A stretch of DNA of 64,000 nt from Alphaproteobacteria bacterium. Its GTDB lineage: Bacteria > Pseudomonadota > Alphaproteobacteria > UBA828. Made by a program: the position numbers and the translations under genes. Positions 37,241 through 51,566 of this stretch are shown one piece after another. The stretch lies in assembly GCA_965221125.1 (NCBI GenBank), contig CBDCRW010000006.1, forward strand, positions 640,001-704,000, given 5' to 3'. Each line of letters opens with the position of its first letter. Within the stretch, counting starts at the first letter, position 1. The notes under the pieces are model-generated. The model did not search any database. It was not told the origin of the DNA and saw only the letters and a program-made list of their open reading frames with translations.

Positions 37241-38122
37241 ATGGCTAACGGCGGCACCAGGGTGGCGTTTCTCGGGCTCGGCGTCATGGGGTTCCCCATG
37301 GCGGGGCATCTCGCGAAGGCGGGGCACGAGGTCACCGTCTACAACAGGACCGGGGCCAGGACCGCGCAGTGGACCGAGGCCAACGAGGGCCGCGCCGCGC
37401 CCACGCCTGCCGCCGCCGCCCGGGGCGCGGAGATGGTCTTTGCCTGCGTCGGCGCCGACGACGATCTGCGCGAAGTCGTCTACGGCGACGACGGCGCGCT
37501 CGCCGGCATGGCGGAAGGGGCCATCTTCATCGACAACACGACCGATTCCGCCGTGGTCGCCCGCGAGGTCCATGCCGCCGCCAGGGAGCGTGGCGTGGGC
37601 TTCCTCGATGCGCCGGTCTCGGGCGGGCAGGCCGGGGCCGAGAACGGCGTGCTGACCGTGATGGTGGGCGGCGACGACGCCGACTTCGCCCGCGCCCGGC
37701 CGGTGATCGACGCGTATGCGCGCAACGTCACCCACATGGGGCCGGCGGGGAACGGGCAGCTCACCAAGATGGTGAACCAGATCTGCATCGCCGGCGTCGT
37801 TCAGGGGCTCGCGGAGGCGCTCAACTTCGCCCAGCGCGCGGGGCTGGACGGAGAGACGGTGCTCGACGTCATCTCCAAGGGCGCGGCGCAGTCCTGGCAG
37901 ATGGAGAACCGGGGGTCGACCATGCTGCGGGGCGAGTTCGAGTTCGGCTTCGCCGTCGACTGGATGCGCAAGGATCTGAGCCTCTGCTTCGAGGAGGGCA
38001 AGAAGAACGGCGCGCTGCTGCCGATGTCGATGCTGGTGGACCAGTTCTACGCGCACGTGCAACAGCGCGGCGGCAACCGCTGGGACACCTCCAGCCTGAT
38101 CCAGCTGCTGCAGAAGATGTAG
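37241..38122 (+). CDS. Beta-hydroxyacid dehydrogenase (3-hydroxyisobutyrate dehydrogenase family)
   Basis: FLGLGVMGFPMAGHL, FLDAPVSGGQAGA, GQLTKMVNQ, GFAVDWMRKDL. Confidence 0.92.
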   Translation: MANGGTRVAFLGLGVMGFPMAGHLAKAGHEVTVYNRTGARTAQWTEANEGRAAPTPAAAARGAEMVFACVGADDDLREVVYGDDGALAGMAEGAIFIDNTTDSAVVAREVHAAARERGVGFLDAPVSGGQAGAENGVLTVMVGGDDADFARARPVIDAYARNVTHMGPAGNGQLTKMVNQICIAGVVQGLAEALNFAQRAGLDGETVLDVISKGAAQSWQMENRGSTMLRGEFEFGFAVDWMRKDLSLCFEEGKKNGALLPMSMLVDQFYAHVQQRGGNRWDTSSLIQLLQKM

Positions 38123-38179
38123 GCCGCGCCCGCTGGCGCTCGATTGAAGAGTGGCCTGCGATAACGGGCGGTCGCCGGC

Positions 38180-41965
<3,786 letters not shown>

Positions 41966-41990
41966 GCCCTGCCCCGGTGGCCCGCCTCAC

Positions 41991-42021
41991 AAAAACACCC
42001 GCCGCGGCTTTGCCGGGCGGG
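41991..42021 (-). terminator. Intrinsic terminator in the metH leader
   Basis: Minus strand CCCGCC-CGGC-AAA-GCCG-C-GGCGGG followed by TGTTTTT; lies between the riboswitch and the metH start. Confidence 0.7.
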
Positions 42022-42027
42022 CCCCAA

Positions 42028-42080
42028 CGCTTTAGCCGCATTTGTAAAGCGCCCGCAAGCTGTCGCTCAAATCGGCGCTG
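42028..42080 (-). ncRNA. SAM-II (SAM-alpha) riboswitch
   Basis: Minus strand AGCGCC-GATTTGA-GCGACAGC-TTGC-GGGCGCT-TTACAAAT-GCGGCTAAA-GCG matches the SAM-II pseudoknot consensus. It is upstream of metH, with a TTGACA at 42110-42115 further upstream. Confidence 0.88.
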
Positions 42081-42150
42081 TGGAGCTTTATCTAGAAGTC
42101 GCGTGATTCTGTCAAGAGAATGAAGGTATCGGGCCGATGCGCCCCTGACG

Positions 42151-42300
42151 CTTGGACCGTTCCCGTTTTACACGGAAACGGTCCAAGAATCTTTCGCTCA
42201 CGGCGGCCGGCCTTTAGCCGGCGCCTCCGCGAGGGCGCCGCATTCGCGGCGGGCCGCTGTCGCGGCCTAGCGCGCGTCCGTCGAAGTCGGACGCGCGCTA
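42151..42300. repeat. Multi-hairpin dispersed element, copy 2
   Basis: Homologous to 28099-28240 with stem-preserving substitutions; the last stem overlaps the ABC ATPase stop codon. Confidence 0.85.
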
Positions 42301-43371
42301 ACGGGCCGAGCGGATGAGCGCGCCGGTCTCGCCGTGGAAGAGGTGGCAGCGGTCGGGATCGAGCGCGAGCCGCACCGGCTCGCCAAGGTTGAACTGGGGC
42401 TGGCCCGGCGCCTGCACCTTGAGAATGCGCTCGCCCGCGCTGACATCGACGATGGTGAAGGCGCCGAGCGGCTCGACCTCGTAGATGCTTGCTTCGACCC
42501 CGCCGTTGGCGCCGGCAGAGCCGATGCCGATGTCCTCGGGCCGCACCGCAAGCGCCGCGGGACCCGCCCCGTCGGCGCCGTCCAGCGACACCGCGAGCGG
42601 CACGTCGCTCCCCTCGAAGCGGCCGCCCTGCGCGAGCGTGCCGTCGATGAAGTTCATCGGCGGGGAGCCGATCAGCTCGGCGACGTAGCGGCTGTTGGGC
42701 AGGTTGTAGATCTCGGCCGGCGTGCCGATCTGGCGGATTTCGCCGGCCTCCATCACGGCGATGCGATCGGCGATCGACATCGCCTCTTCCTGGTCGTGGG
42801 TGACGTAGACGATGGTGTGGTGCAATTCGCGCTGCAGGCGCTTCAGCTCGACGCGCATCTCCTCGCGCAGGCGCGCATCGAGGGCTGCGATCGGCTCGTC
42901 CATGAGGAAGGCCGCCGGGTCCCGCACCAGGGCGCGGCCGATGGCGACGCGCTGGCGCTCGCCGCCGCTCAGGTGCGCCGGCAGCTTGTCGAGCAGCGGC
43001 GTGATGTGGAGCGTCTCCGCTACCTGGCCCACGCGTTCCATGACCGCGGCCTTCTCCAGCTTCCGCTCCACCAGCGGGAAGGCGAGGTTCTGGCCGGCGG
43101 TCATGTGCGGGAAGAGCGCCAGATTCTGGAACACCATGGCGAGGTTGCGCTCCTTCGGCCCCTGATCGCTGACCGCCGCGCCGCCGATGGTGATCTCGCC
43201 CTCGTCGGGCGCCACCAGCCCGAGCAGCAGGCGGAGGATCGTGGTCTTGCCCGAGCTCGGCGGGCCGAAGATGCAGAAGAACTCGTTGTCGTCCACGACG
43301 AGGTCGATGTCCTTCACGGCGACGGTCTTGCCGTAGAACTTGCTCGCGTTGCTCAGTTCGAGCCGTGCCAT
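42298..43371 (-). CDS. ABC transporter ATP-binding protein (MalK/CUT1 type)
   Basis: GPPSSGKTT, LSGGERQRVAIG, MDEPIAALD, YVTHDQEEAM, C-terminal TOBE domain. Confidence 0.92.
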   Translation of the reverse strand: MARLELSNASKFYGKTVAVKDIDLVVDDNEFFCIFGPPSSGKTTILRLLLGLVAPDEGEITIGGAAVSDQGPKERNLAMVFQNLALFPHMTAGQNLAFPLVERKLEKAAVMERVGQVAETLHITPLLDKLPAHLSGGERQRVAIGRALVRDPAAFLMDEPIAALDARLREEMRVELKRLQRELHHTIVYVTHDQEEAMSIADRIAVMEAGEIRQIGTPAEIYNLPNSRYVAELIGSPPMNFIDGTLAQGGRFEGSDVPLAVSLDGADGAGPAALAVRPEDIGIGSAGANGGVEASIYEVEPLGAFTIVDVSAGERILKVQAPGQPQFNLGEPVRLALDPDRCHLFHGETGALIRSAR

Positions 43372-43387
43372 TGGTGCGGGGTCCGGG

Positions 43388-44491
43388 TCAGGCGAGGCCG
43401 AGGGCCACGCCGGTCTCCGCGTCGAACAGGTGGCACTTGCCGGGCGGCAGCACCGCCTTGACCGGGGCGCCCAGCTCGATCCCGTAGTGCTTGCCCTTGG
43501 CGATCTTCATCCGGCGCTCGCCGGCGGCGAGGTGGACGATGGTGCGCGGGCCGATGGGCTCGACGAAGGTGACGGTCGCCTCGATGCCGGGGCCGGTGTG
43601 GCCCGACGGCTCGATGTCGAGGTCCTCCGGCCGGGCGCCGAAGATCAGCGCCGCATCGCGCGCCGCCCCGCAGCGCCGCTTGAGCTCGCCGTCTTCCACC
43701 GCCGCCGTGCCGCCTTCGCCGAAATCAAGCGCGTAACTTCCGTCCCCGCCGGCGAGCGTGCACGGCACCAGGTTCATGCTGGGGCTGCCCATGAAGTTGG
43801 CGACGAAGACGTTGCGCGGCTCGTTGTAGACCTCGATGGGCGAGCCGTACTGCTGCAACACGCCGAGGTCCATCACGGCGATCCTGTCCGCGAGGCTCAT
43901 CGCCTCGATCTGGTCGTGGGTGACATAGACCATGGTCTGCTGGAACTGGTGCTGCAGGTGCTTGAGCTCGGTCCGCATGAAGGCGCGGAAGGCGGCGTCG
44001 AGATTGCTCAGCGGCTCGTCCAGGAGGAAAATCTCCGGCTCGGTGATGGCCGAGCGGCCGATGGCGACCTTCTGCAGCTCGTTGACGCTGAGCTTCGCGG
44101 TGGGCCAGTCGAGCCGATCTTCGAGGCGCATGAGCTGGGCCATGGCGGCGACGCGGCGCTCGACGTCCTCCTTGGGCAGGCCGCGCACCTGCAGGCCGAA
44201 CGCCAGGTTCTTGCGCACCGTGAGGTGGGTGAAGATGGCGTAGTTCTGGAACACGAAGCCCACCTTGCGCCGGTTGGGCGGCACCTGCTGCATGTCGCGG
44301 CCATCGAACAGGATCTGCCCCTCCGACGGCGTCTCGATGCCGGCGATCATGTTCATCGTCGTGGTCTTGCCGCAGCCCGACGGGCCCAGCAGGGCCACGA
44401 ACTCCTTGTCCCTGATCTCGAGATCGAGGGAGGCGACGGCGGTGAGGTCGCCGAAGCGCTTGGTCAGGCCCGCGAGGGTGATAGACGCCAT
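43388..44491 (-). CDS. ABC transporter ATP-binding protein (MalK type, degenerate signature)
   Basis: GPSGCGKTT, signature LSVNELQKVAIG, LDEPLSNLD, YVTHDQIEAM. Confidence 0.92.
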   Translation of the reverse strand: MASITLAGLTKRFGDLTAVASLDLEIRDKEFVALLGPSGCGKTTTMNMIAGIETPSEGQILFDGRDMQQVPPNRRKVGFVFQNYAIFTHLTVRKNLAFGLQVRGLPKEDVERRVAAMAQLMRLEDRLDWPTAKLSVNELQKVAIGRSAITEPEIFLLDEPLSNLDAAFRAFMRTELKHLQHQFQQTMVYVTHDQIEAMSLADRIAVMDLGVLQQYGSPIEVYNEPRNVFVANFMGSPSMNLVPCTLAGGDGSYALDFGEGGTAAVEDGELKRRCGAARDAALIFGARPEDLDIEPSGHTGPGIEATVTFVEPIGPRTIVHLAAGERRMKIAKGKHYGIELGAPVKAVLPPGKCHLFDAETGVALGLA

Positions 44492-44500
44492 GGTTCGCGC

Positions 44501-45649
44501 CTAGTGGCGGCCCCGCGCCTCGATGGTCCAGATATCGACCAGGGTGTCGCCGCGCACGCAGTGGTAGTGGTCGTAGAGGTTCACGGTGGGGTCGCAGTGC
44601 GGCACGATGCATTCGAGGGCCGCGCCGATGGCGAGGCGTTCGTTGGCGCTGGCGAAGACGATGCGCCCGTGCTCGTCGCCGAAGAACTTGTAGTGGGCGC
44701 CGATGGGCACGCCGGTGTGGAAGCGCGGCAGCGGCCCGTCGGTGGCGAAGCACTTGAGGCCGGCATCCATGGTGGCGCTTCCGTCATGGCTCGCCGAGAC
44801 CACCGTGGCGCGGACGAAGAGCGCCGGCTCGAAGCGCCAGTCGCCGCCGCCGCGCGCTTGGACGTCGAGGTACTCGACGTCCATGACCGCGTAGGAGCCG
44901 ACCTGGAGCTCGGTCATCAGCCCGATCTCCGGGTCGATGTCGTGGGTGCCGGTGCCGGCGCCGGTGACGATGGGCACCGCGATGCCCTTCTCGACGAGGC
45001 TGTCGCGGGCGTCCCGAAGCGGCGCGAGATTGTCGTGGGAGGAGGTGCGGCGGTCGCCGAAATCCTCGATGTGCTGGACGTGCCCGGCGTAGCCCTGAAT
45101 CCCGCAAAAGCGCAGGCTCGCGCTCGCGTCCGCCGCCTCCGCCATGGCCACCGCCGTCGCCGCGTCGCGGGTGCCGGTGCGGTGCAGGCCGACATCCACG
45201 TCGACCACCACGTCGAGCACGAAGCCGGACGCCGCAGCGGCGGCCTCGAGGGCGCGCAGGTTGTCCATGTCGTCCGCCGTCACCATGAGCGACTCGTTGG
45301 CCTGGCGGAGCGCCATGAGGCGGTCGATCTTGGCCGGCGCCACGACCGGCGAGGTGATGAGCAGCCCGTCGATCCCGCCCGCCGCCAGCGCCTCCGCCTC
45401 GCCGAGCGTGGCACAGCAGATGCCGAGCGCGCCGGCGTCGAGTTGGCGGCGCGCGATCTGCACGCTCTTGTGCGTCTTCGCGTGGGGGCGGATGGCGACG
45501 CCCTGCTCCGCCGCGTAGGCCGCCATGGCGGCGATGTTGCGCTCCATCGCGTCGAGATCGAGCACCAGGGCCGGCGTGATGAGCCGGGCCCGCGCATCGC
45601 GCTCGCCGATCAGAGATTGGTTCGGCCCAAGAGTCTCCGATGCCGTCAT
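44501..45649 (-). CDS. DSD1/D-threonine aldolase-family PLP enzyme
   Basis: TPALVLDLD..ERNI, RPHAKTHKS (PLP lysine), GAGTGT, ELQVGSYAVMD, DAGLK, DEHG, PHCDPTVNLYD. Confidence 0.9.
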   Translation of the reverse strand: MTASETLGPNQSLIGERDARARLITPALVLDLDAMERNIAAMAAYAAEQGVAIRPHAKTHKSVQIARRQLDAGALGICCATLGEAEALAAGGIDGLLITSPVVAPAKIDRLMALRQANESLMVTADDMDNLRALEAAAAASGFVLDVVVDVDVGLHRTGTRDAATAVAMAEAADASASLRFCGIQGYAGHVQHIEDFGDRRTSSHDNLAPLRDARDSLVEKGIAVPIVTGAGTGTHDIDPEIGLMTELQVGSYAVMDVEYLDVQARGGGDWRFEPALFVRATVVSASHDGSATMDAGLKCFATDGPLPRFHTGVPIGAHYKFFGDEHGRIVFASANERLAIGAALECIVPHCDPTVNLYDHYHCVRGDTLVDIWTIEARGRH

Positions 45650-45789
45650 CCTCGCCCCCGTCGCCACGTCCTGTTCCCGCCGCCCACGAGGAGCGGCGCG
45701 AAATCTGCGCGCGTATCATCCGCATACCGGCACGCCCTGCCAATAGGATATGTTGGGCATGAACGGGACCGAGCGGTGGGAGAGCACGC

Positions 45790-46779
45790 ATGAAGGTGGT
45801 GATTACGGGTGGGCTGGGCTTCCTCGGGCAGAGGCTCGCGCTGGCGCTGCTGGAGCGGGATACGCTGACCGGCGCATCCGGCGGGCAGGAGCGGATCGAC
45901 GAGCTGATCCTCTTCGACGCTGCCGTGCCCGACCGGCCGCCGCCGGGCCTGGATGACGCGCGGGTCTCCCTCGTCGCGGGCGATGTCTCCGATGGGGAGA
46001 CGGTGCGAGGGCTGATCGCGGGCGACTCGCTCTCGGTCTTCCACTTCGCCTCGGTGGTGAGCGCCGGCGCCGAGCAGGACTTCGACCTGGCGCTTAGCGT
46101 GAACCTCACCGGCGGGCTCAACGTGCTCGAAGCCTGCCGCGCGGCGCCGGGGCTGCCGCACCTCGTCTTCACCAGCAGCATCGCGGTCTACGGCGGCAGC
46201 GCGCTGCCGGGAACCATCTCGGACGAGACCAAGATCACGCCGCAGGGGACCTATGGCGTGACCAAGGTGATCAACGAGCACCTGGTGGCGGACTACACCC
46301 GCAAGGGCTGGCTGGACGGGCGCGGCGGCAGGCCGCCCACGGTGATCGTGCGGCCAGGCAAGCCCAACAAGGCGGCCTCCGGCTTCGCCAGCGGGCTCTT
46401 CCGCGAGCCGCTCGCCGGCGTGGACCACGAGCTTCCGGTGAGCCGGGAGACGCGCATCGTGCTCGGCGGCTACCGCACCATCGTGGACAGCCTGGTCGCG
46501 CTCCACGAGGTGCCGGGCGACGCCCTCGGCGACGACCGCACCATCAACCTGCCGTCGTTCTCGGCGACGGCGGGGGAGATGGTGGCGGCGCTGGAGCGCG
46601 TCGGCGCAGGACGCCAGCTCGGCGCCGTCATCGACGCGCCCGATGAGGCGGTGCAGCGGCTCGTGGGCTCCTGGCCGGGCTACGCCAAGGCCGAGCGCGC
46701 CGCGGCCCTCGACCTGCCCGTCAACCCGCCGCTCGACGAGGTGGTGCGCCAGTACATCGAGGACTACGTGGAGGGGTAG
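45790..46779 (+). CDS. NAD-dependent epimerase/dehydrogenase (D-erythronate dehydrogenase DenD-like)
   Basis: VITGGLGFLG, VFHFASVVSAGAEQDFDL, FTSSIAVYG, YGVTK, RPGKPNKAASGFASG.FREPL. Confidence 0.85.
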   Translation: MKVVITGGLGFLGQRLALALLERDTLTGASGGQERIDELILFDAAVPDRPPPGLDDARVSLVAGDVSDGETVRGLIAGDSLSVFHFASVVSAGAEQDFDLALSVNLTGGLNVLEACRAAPGLPHLVFTSSIAVYGGSALPGTISDETKITPQGTYGVTKVINEHLVADYTRKGWLDGRGGRPPTVIVRPGKPNKAASGFASGLFREPLAGVDHELPVSRETRIVLGGYRTIVDSLVALHEVPGDALGDDRTINLPSFSATAGEMVAALERVGAGRQLGAVIDAPDEAVQRLVGSWPGYAKAERAAALDLPVNPPLDEVVRQYIEDYVEG

Positions 46780-46820
46780 AGCGCCGCGCCTTGCTACGCC
46801 CCTCAAGCCCGATGGGTTCG

Positions 46821-46883
46821 CTAAGCGGCCGCAAGCAGGTCGTCCACCCGCGTGCCGTGCCAGCCTTCTTCGCGCTTGCTCCA
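46821..46883 (-). repeat. Displaced duplicate of the aminotransferase 3' end (att-like)
   Basis: Encodes WSKREEGWHGTRVDDLLAAA*, against WSKREEGWHGTRVGDLLQAA* at 48041-48103. Confidence 0.9.
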
Positions 46884-48040
46884 CTGGAACGGCTCAATGC
46901 CAGCCCAAGCGTCGCTCCAGATGCACTAATTTGATATGGAATCATATTCTGTCATACAAATACCATAAGCGGTAAGACCTGTAGAGCCGGGCCTCGTACT
47001 TGCACTTCGCTGAGGTCCAGTACAACGTTCTCTGTGCTTTGTAGGTTGTGGAATAGGTCTTGTAGCTTTTCTGGCTCCATTAGTGCAAAACCATAGTTTT
47101 CGAATGAGCTCATTCTCTCGCCTTGATCGATGACTCTTGTCACTTTCCGAGAATTCGAACGCTATTCTTGTGAAGCTCACTAAGAGTGAGATCTCGCAGA
47201 TTCTCCGTTCGAAGTGTCACGACCGCTGTAACATTGCTGGGTGCAGTGCAACGCAAAATTACGTTAGATATCGGCGTGCGCTTACGATCTCTGTCGAGCG
47301 CATTACGAATGTTTTCTAGCGGACCATCATTCTGACTCTTCCTCTTCGCGGCGGCTCCCTTATTGCGCGCTCCGCCAGTTGCCACTGGAGCCGCTGTATG
47401 TGAAACTGAGCGCATATTTCCCATAATATTCACTGCATCTATGTAATCGATCATCGAATCTATAGCATTTTTTCCAGAGTGCCAGCAATCTCGATCAGTG
47501 CCCCAGGTTCTACCTTCTTTGCATCTTCAAGATTTTCAATATCAACAATGTAGCCAGCGTCTTTTCGTAATCTATCATATAGCAGGATTGCAACCGATGC
47601 CTCCGTGTGAGATCGTGAGCTTCTCTCCACTGATCGTTCCGTACCTTCGCGAGTACCCTGAGCGTAAAGCTCACCAGACAAATCGAAGAATTGACTAAAC
47701 AAATGGCTGAAGCCAAATTTTATGCCTCCTTCTGCTTCCGCCGTCGTAGACTTGGATTCTTCACGTGTCACTTCGGTTCCGAATGACAGCCCTCCTTCAA
47801 TTGCTGCTGCAAACGACACCAGCATTGGTATATCAAGGTAAATGGGGTGTATCAGTCGCATTTGTACGGTCACTCCAATAGCCATAAATGGGTCCGCAAG
47901 CCATAACGCTGTAGACACGCGGGCGAAGCACCCTTGGCGCATTGTGCCAACTAAAATACCTATCTCAACGAAATTGTCGAGCTGAAGCTGCGCTTCAACT
48001 ACACTCCGAGCAACGGAATTCGCTTAGGCTTGATCGGTCG
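46884..48040. mobile_element. AT-richer islet integrated into the 3' end of the aminotransferase gene (no integrase)
   Basis: Abrupt drop in GC, bounded by 63-bp direct repeats at 46821-46883 and 48041-48103. Confidence 0.8.
46952..47861 (-). pseudogene. Frameshifted ~300-aa protein (resembles DUF6414-like island proteins)
   Basis: Three ORF pieces (47460-47861, 47140-47454, 46952-47143) join into one protein, MRLIHPIYLDIPMLVSFAAAIEGGL...TLEK/NAIDSMIDY...ILG/KVTRVI...LQVLPLMVFV*, if one base is restored in each of two A-runs. The family call is from memory only. Confidence 0.7.
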
Positions 48041-48940
48041 TTAGGCGGCTTGAAGAAGATCGCCCACCCGCGTGCCGTGCCAGCCCTCTTCGCGCTTGCT
48101 CCAGTAGCGGGACTGGACGCGGCTGGTGACGAGGCCGGCGTGGCCGTTGCCGATGGGCCTGTCGCCGAGGCGCACCACCGGCATGACGCCGCCGGCCGTC
48201 GTGCTGGCGAAGAGCTCGTCGGCCTCGCCCAGCTCCGCGGGCTCCACCCTGCGGTACGAGAAGGGGATGCCTTCCTCGTCGCAGAGCTCGGCCACGGCGC
48301 GGCGCGTGATCCCCTCCAGCACGTTGGTCTCGGGCGTCGCCACCGCGCCGTCGCGTACGACGAAGATGTTGTAGCCCGGCCCCTCGGTGAGCGAGCCGTC
48401 GGCGCCCACCAGGAGCGCATCGTCGCAGCCGTGGTCGTAGGCCTCGAAGCGGGCCTGCACGAAGTCCGCCCGGTTGTAGTTCTTGTAGCGGGCGTCGATG
48501 GCCTTCGACGAGACGCGCTCGACGCCGCTGAGGTAGAGCGCGGCGCCGTTGCGGCATTTCTCCTCGCCCCAGATCCAGGCGTAGGGCGTGGCGTAGGCCA
48601 CGAATTCGGGCGCGCCCAGGCGGGGGTCGCGGGTCTGGCTCTGGATCACGCCGCGGGTGAGCTGGATCTTCACGTAGCAGTCGTCCTGCCCCGTCCGCGC
48701 CACGCACTCGGCGAGGATGCGGCGCATCTCGTCGGCGCTGTAGGGGTTCTCCAGCCGGAAGCCTGCGCAGGAGCGCGCGAAGCGCTCGAGATGCTCGTCG
48801 AGCATGAAGAACCAGCCGGCCCAGGTCGAGGTCACGTCGTAGACCGTGTCGCCCCAGACGAAGCCGGCATCGAAGATCGACATCTTGGCGTCCTCGGGCG
48901 AGACGTACTCGCCGCCGATGAACACGCATCCTTCGCTCAT
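48041..48940 (-). CDS. Fold-type IV PLP aminotransferase (BCAT / (R)-amine transaminase-like)
   Basis: SIFDAGFVWGDTVYDV, LDEHLERF, KNYNRAD, TEGPGYNIF, VLEGITR, ADELFASTTAGG. Confidence 0.92.
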   Translation of the reverse strand: MSEGCVFIGGEYVSPEDAKMSIFDAGFVWGDTVYDVTSTWAGWFFMLDEHLERFARSCAGFRLENPYSADEMRRILAECVARTGQDDCYVKIQLTRGVIQSQTRDPRLGAPEFVAYATPYAWIWGEEKCRNGAALYLSGVERVSSKAIDARYKNYNRADFVQARFEAYDHGCDDALLVGADGSLTEGPGYNIFVVRDGAVATPETNVLEGITRRAVAELCDEEGIPFSYRRVEPAELGEADELFASTTAGGVMPVVRLGDRPIGNGHAGLVTSRVQSRYWSKREEGWHGTRVGDLLQAA

Positions 48941-48951
48941 CGTTCTCTCCC

Positions 48952-49791
48952 TCACGTTTTCTTGGCCAGCGCGTCGAAGGCCAGCAGGCGGTCGAGCAGC
49001 GCCGGCATCCGATCCAGCGGCACCATATTGGGGCCGTCCGACGGCGCCTCGTCCGGCGCCGGGTGTGTCTCCATGAAGACCGCGGCGACGCCCACCGCCA
49101 CCGCCGCCCGCGCGAGGACCGGCACGAACTCCCGCTGCCCGCCGCTCGACGCCCCGTGGCCGCCCGGCTGCTGCACCGAATGGGTCGCGTCGAACACCAC
49201 GGGGCAGCCGGTCTCCGCCAGCTGCGGCAGGCTCCGCATGTCGGAGACCAGCGTATTGTAGCCGAAGCTCGCGCCCCGCTCGCACACCAGCACCCGGCGG
49301 TTGCCGGCGTCCGTGATCTTCGCCACGACGTGGCGCATGTCCCAGGGTGCCAGGAACTGCCCCTTCTTCACGTTGATCGCCTTGCCGGTGGCCGCCGCCG
49401 CCAGCAGCAGGTCGGTCTGGCGGCAGAGGAAGGCCGGGATCTGCAGCACGTCCACCGCCTCCGCCACCGCCGCGCACTGCTCCGGCAGGTGCACGTCGGT
49501 CAGCACCGGGCAGCCGTGGGCCTCCCGCACCGCTTCAAGGATCGCAAGGCCCCCGTCCATGCCGATGCCGCGCGGGCTTGCGGCCGAGGTGCGGTTGGCC
49601 TTGTCGAAGGAGCTCTTGTAGACGAACGGCATGCCCCGCGCCGCGGTCATCGCAACGAGCGTCTCCGAGATCCTGAGCGCGTGGTCGCGCCCTTCGATCG
49701 CGCAGGGGCCGGCGATCAGCGCAAGCGGCAGCGCGTTGCCCACCTCGAAGGAGCCGATCGTCACCCGGCCTGAGGCGGGCGCCTCGCTCAC
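48952..49791 (-). CDS. kdsA: KDO 8-phosphate synthase
   Basis: [54 protein letters not shown]. Confidence 0.97.
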   Translation of the reverse strand: MSEAPASGRVTIGSFEVGNALPLALIAGPCAIEGRDHALRISETLVAMTAARGMPFVYKSSFDKANRTSAASPRGIGMDGGLAILEAVREAHGCPVLTDVHLPEQCAAVAEAVDVLQIPAFLCRQTDLLLAAAATGKAINVKKGQFLAPWDMRHVVAKITDAGNRRVLVCERGASFGYNTLVSDMRSLPQLAETGCPVVFDATHSVQQPGGHGASSGGQREFVPVLARAAVAVGVAAVFMETHPAPDEAPSDGPNMVPLDRMPALLDRLLAFDALAKKT

Positions 49792-49809
49792 GTCGCCCTC
49801 ATTTCGCGC

Positions 49810-51444
<1,635 letters not shown>

Positions 51445-51566
51445 CTACCTTATCAAACGCGCCCGAGTCGCCACCACCCGTTCGCAGAAAATATGGGTGG
51501 CTCCTACGCGCCGTGTCACTCGCCGCGGCCTAGAGGCCCGGATCGCCGTTGGAAGGGCGCGCCGCG

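Noticed and set aside
42151-42300. Hairpin element as a shared riboswitch for thrB and metH (both aspartate-family genes)
   Set aside because: At metH a TTGACA promoter element and a SAM-II switch lie between the element and the gene. At thrB a TAGGAT -10-like hexamer follows the element. It is probably outside both leaders, though this is not fully excluded.
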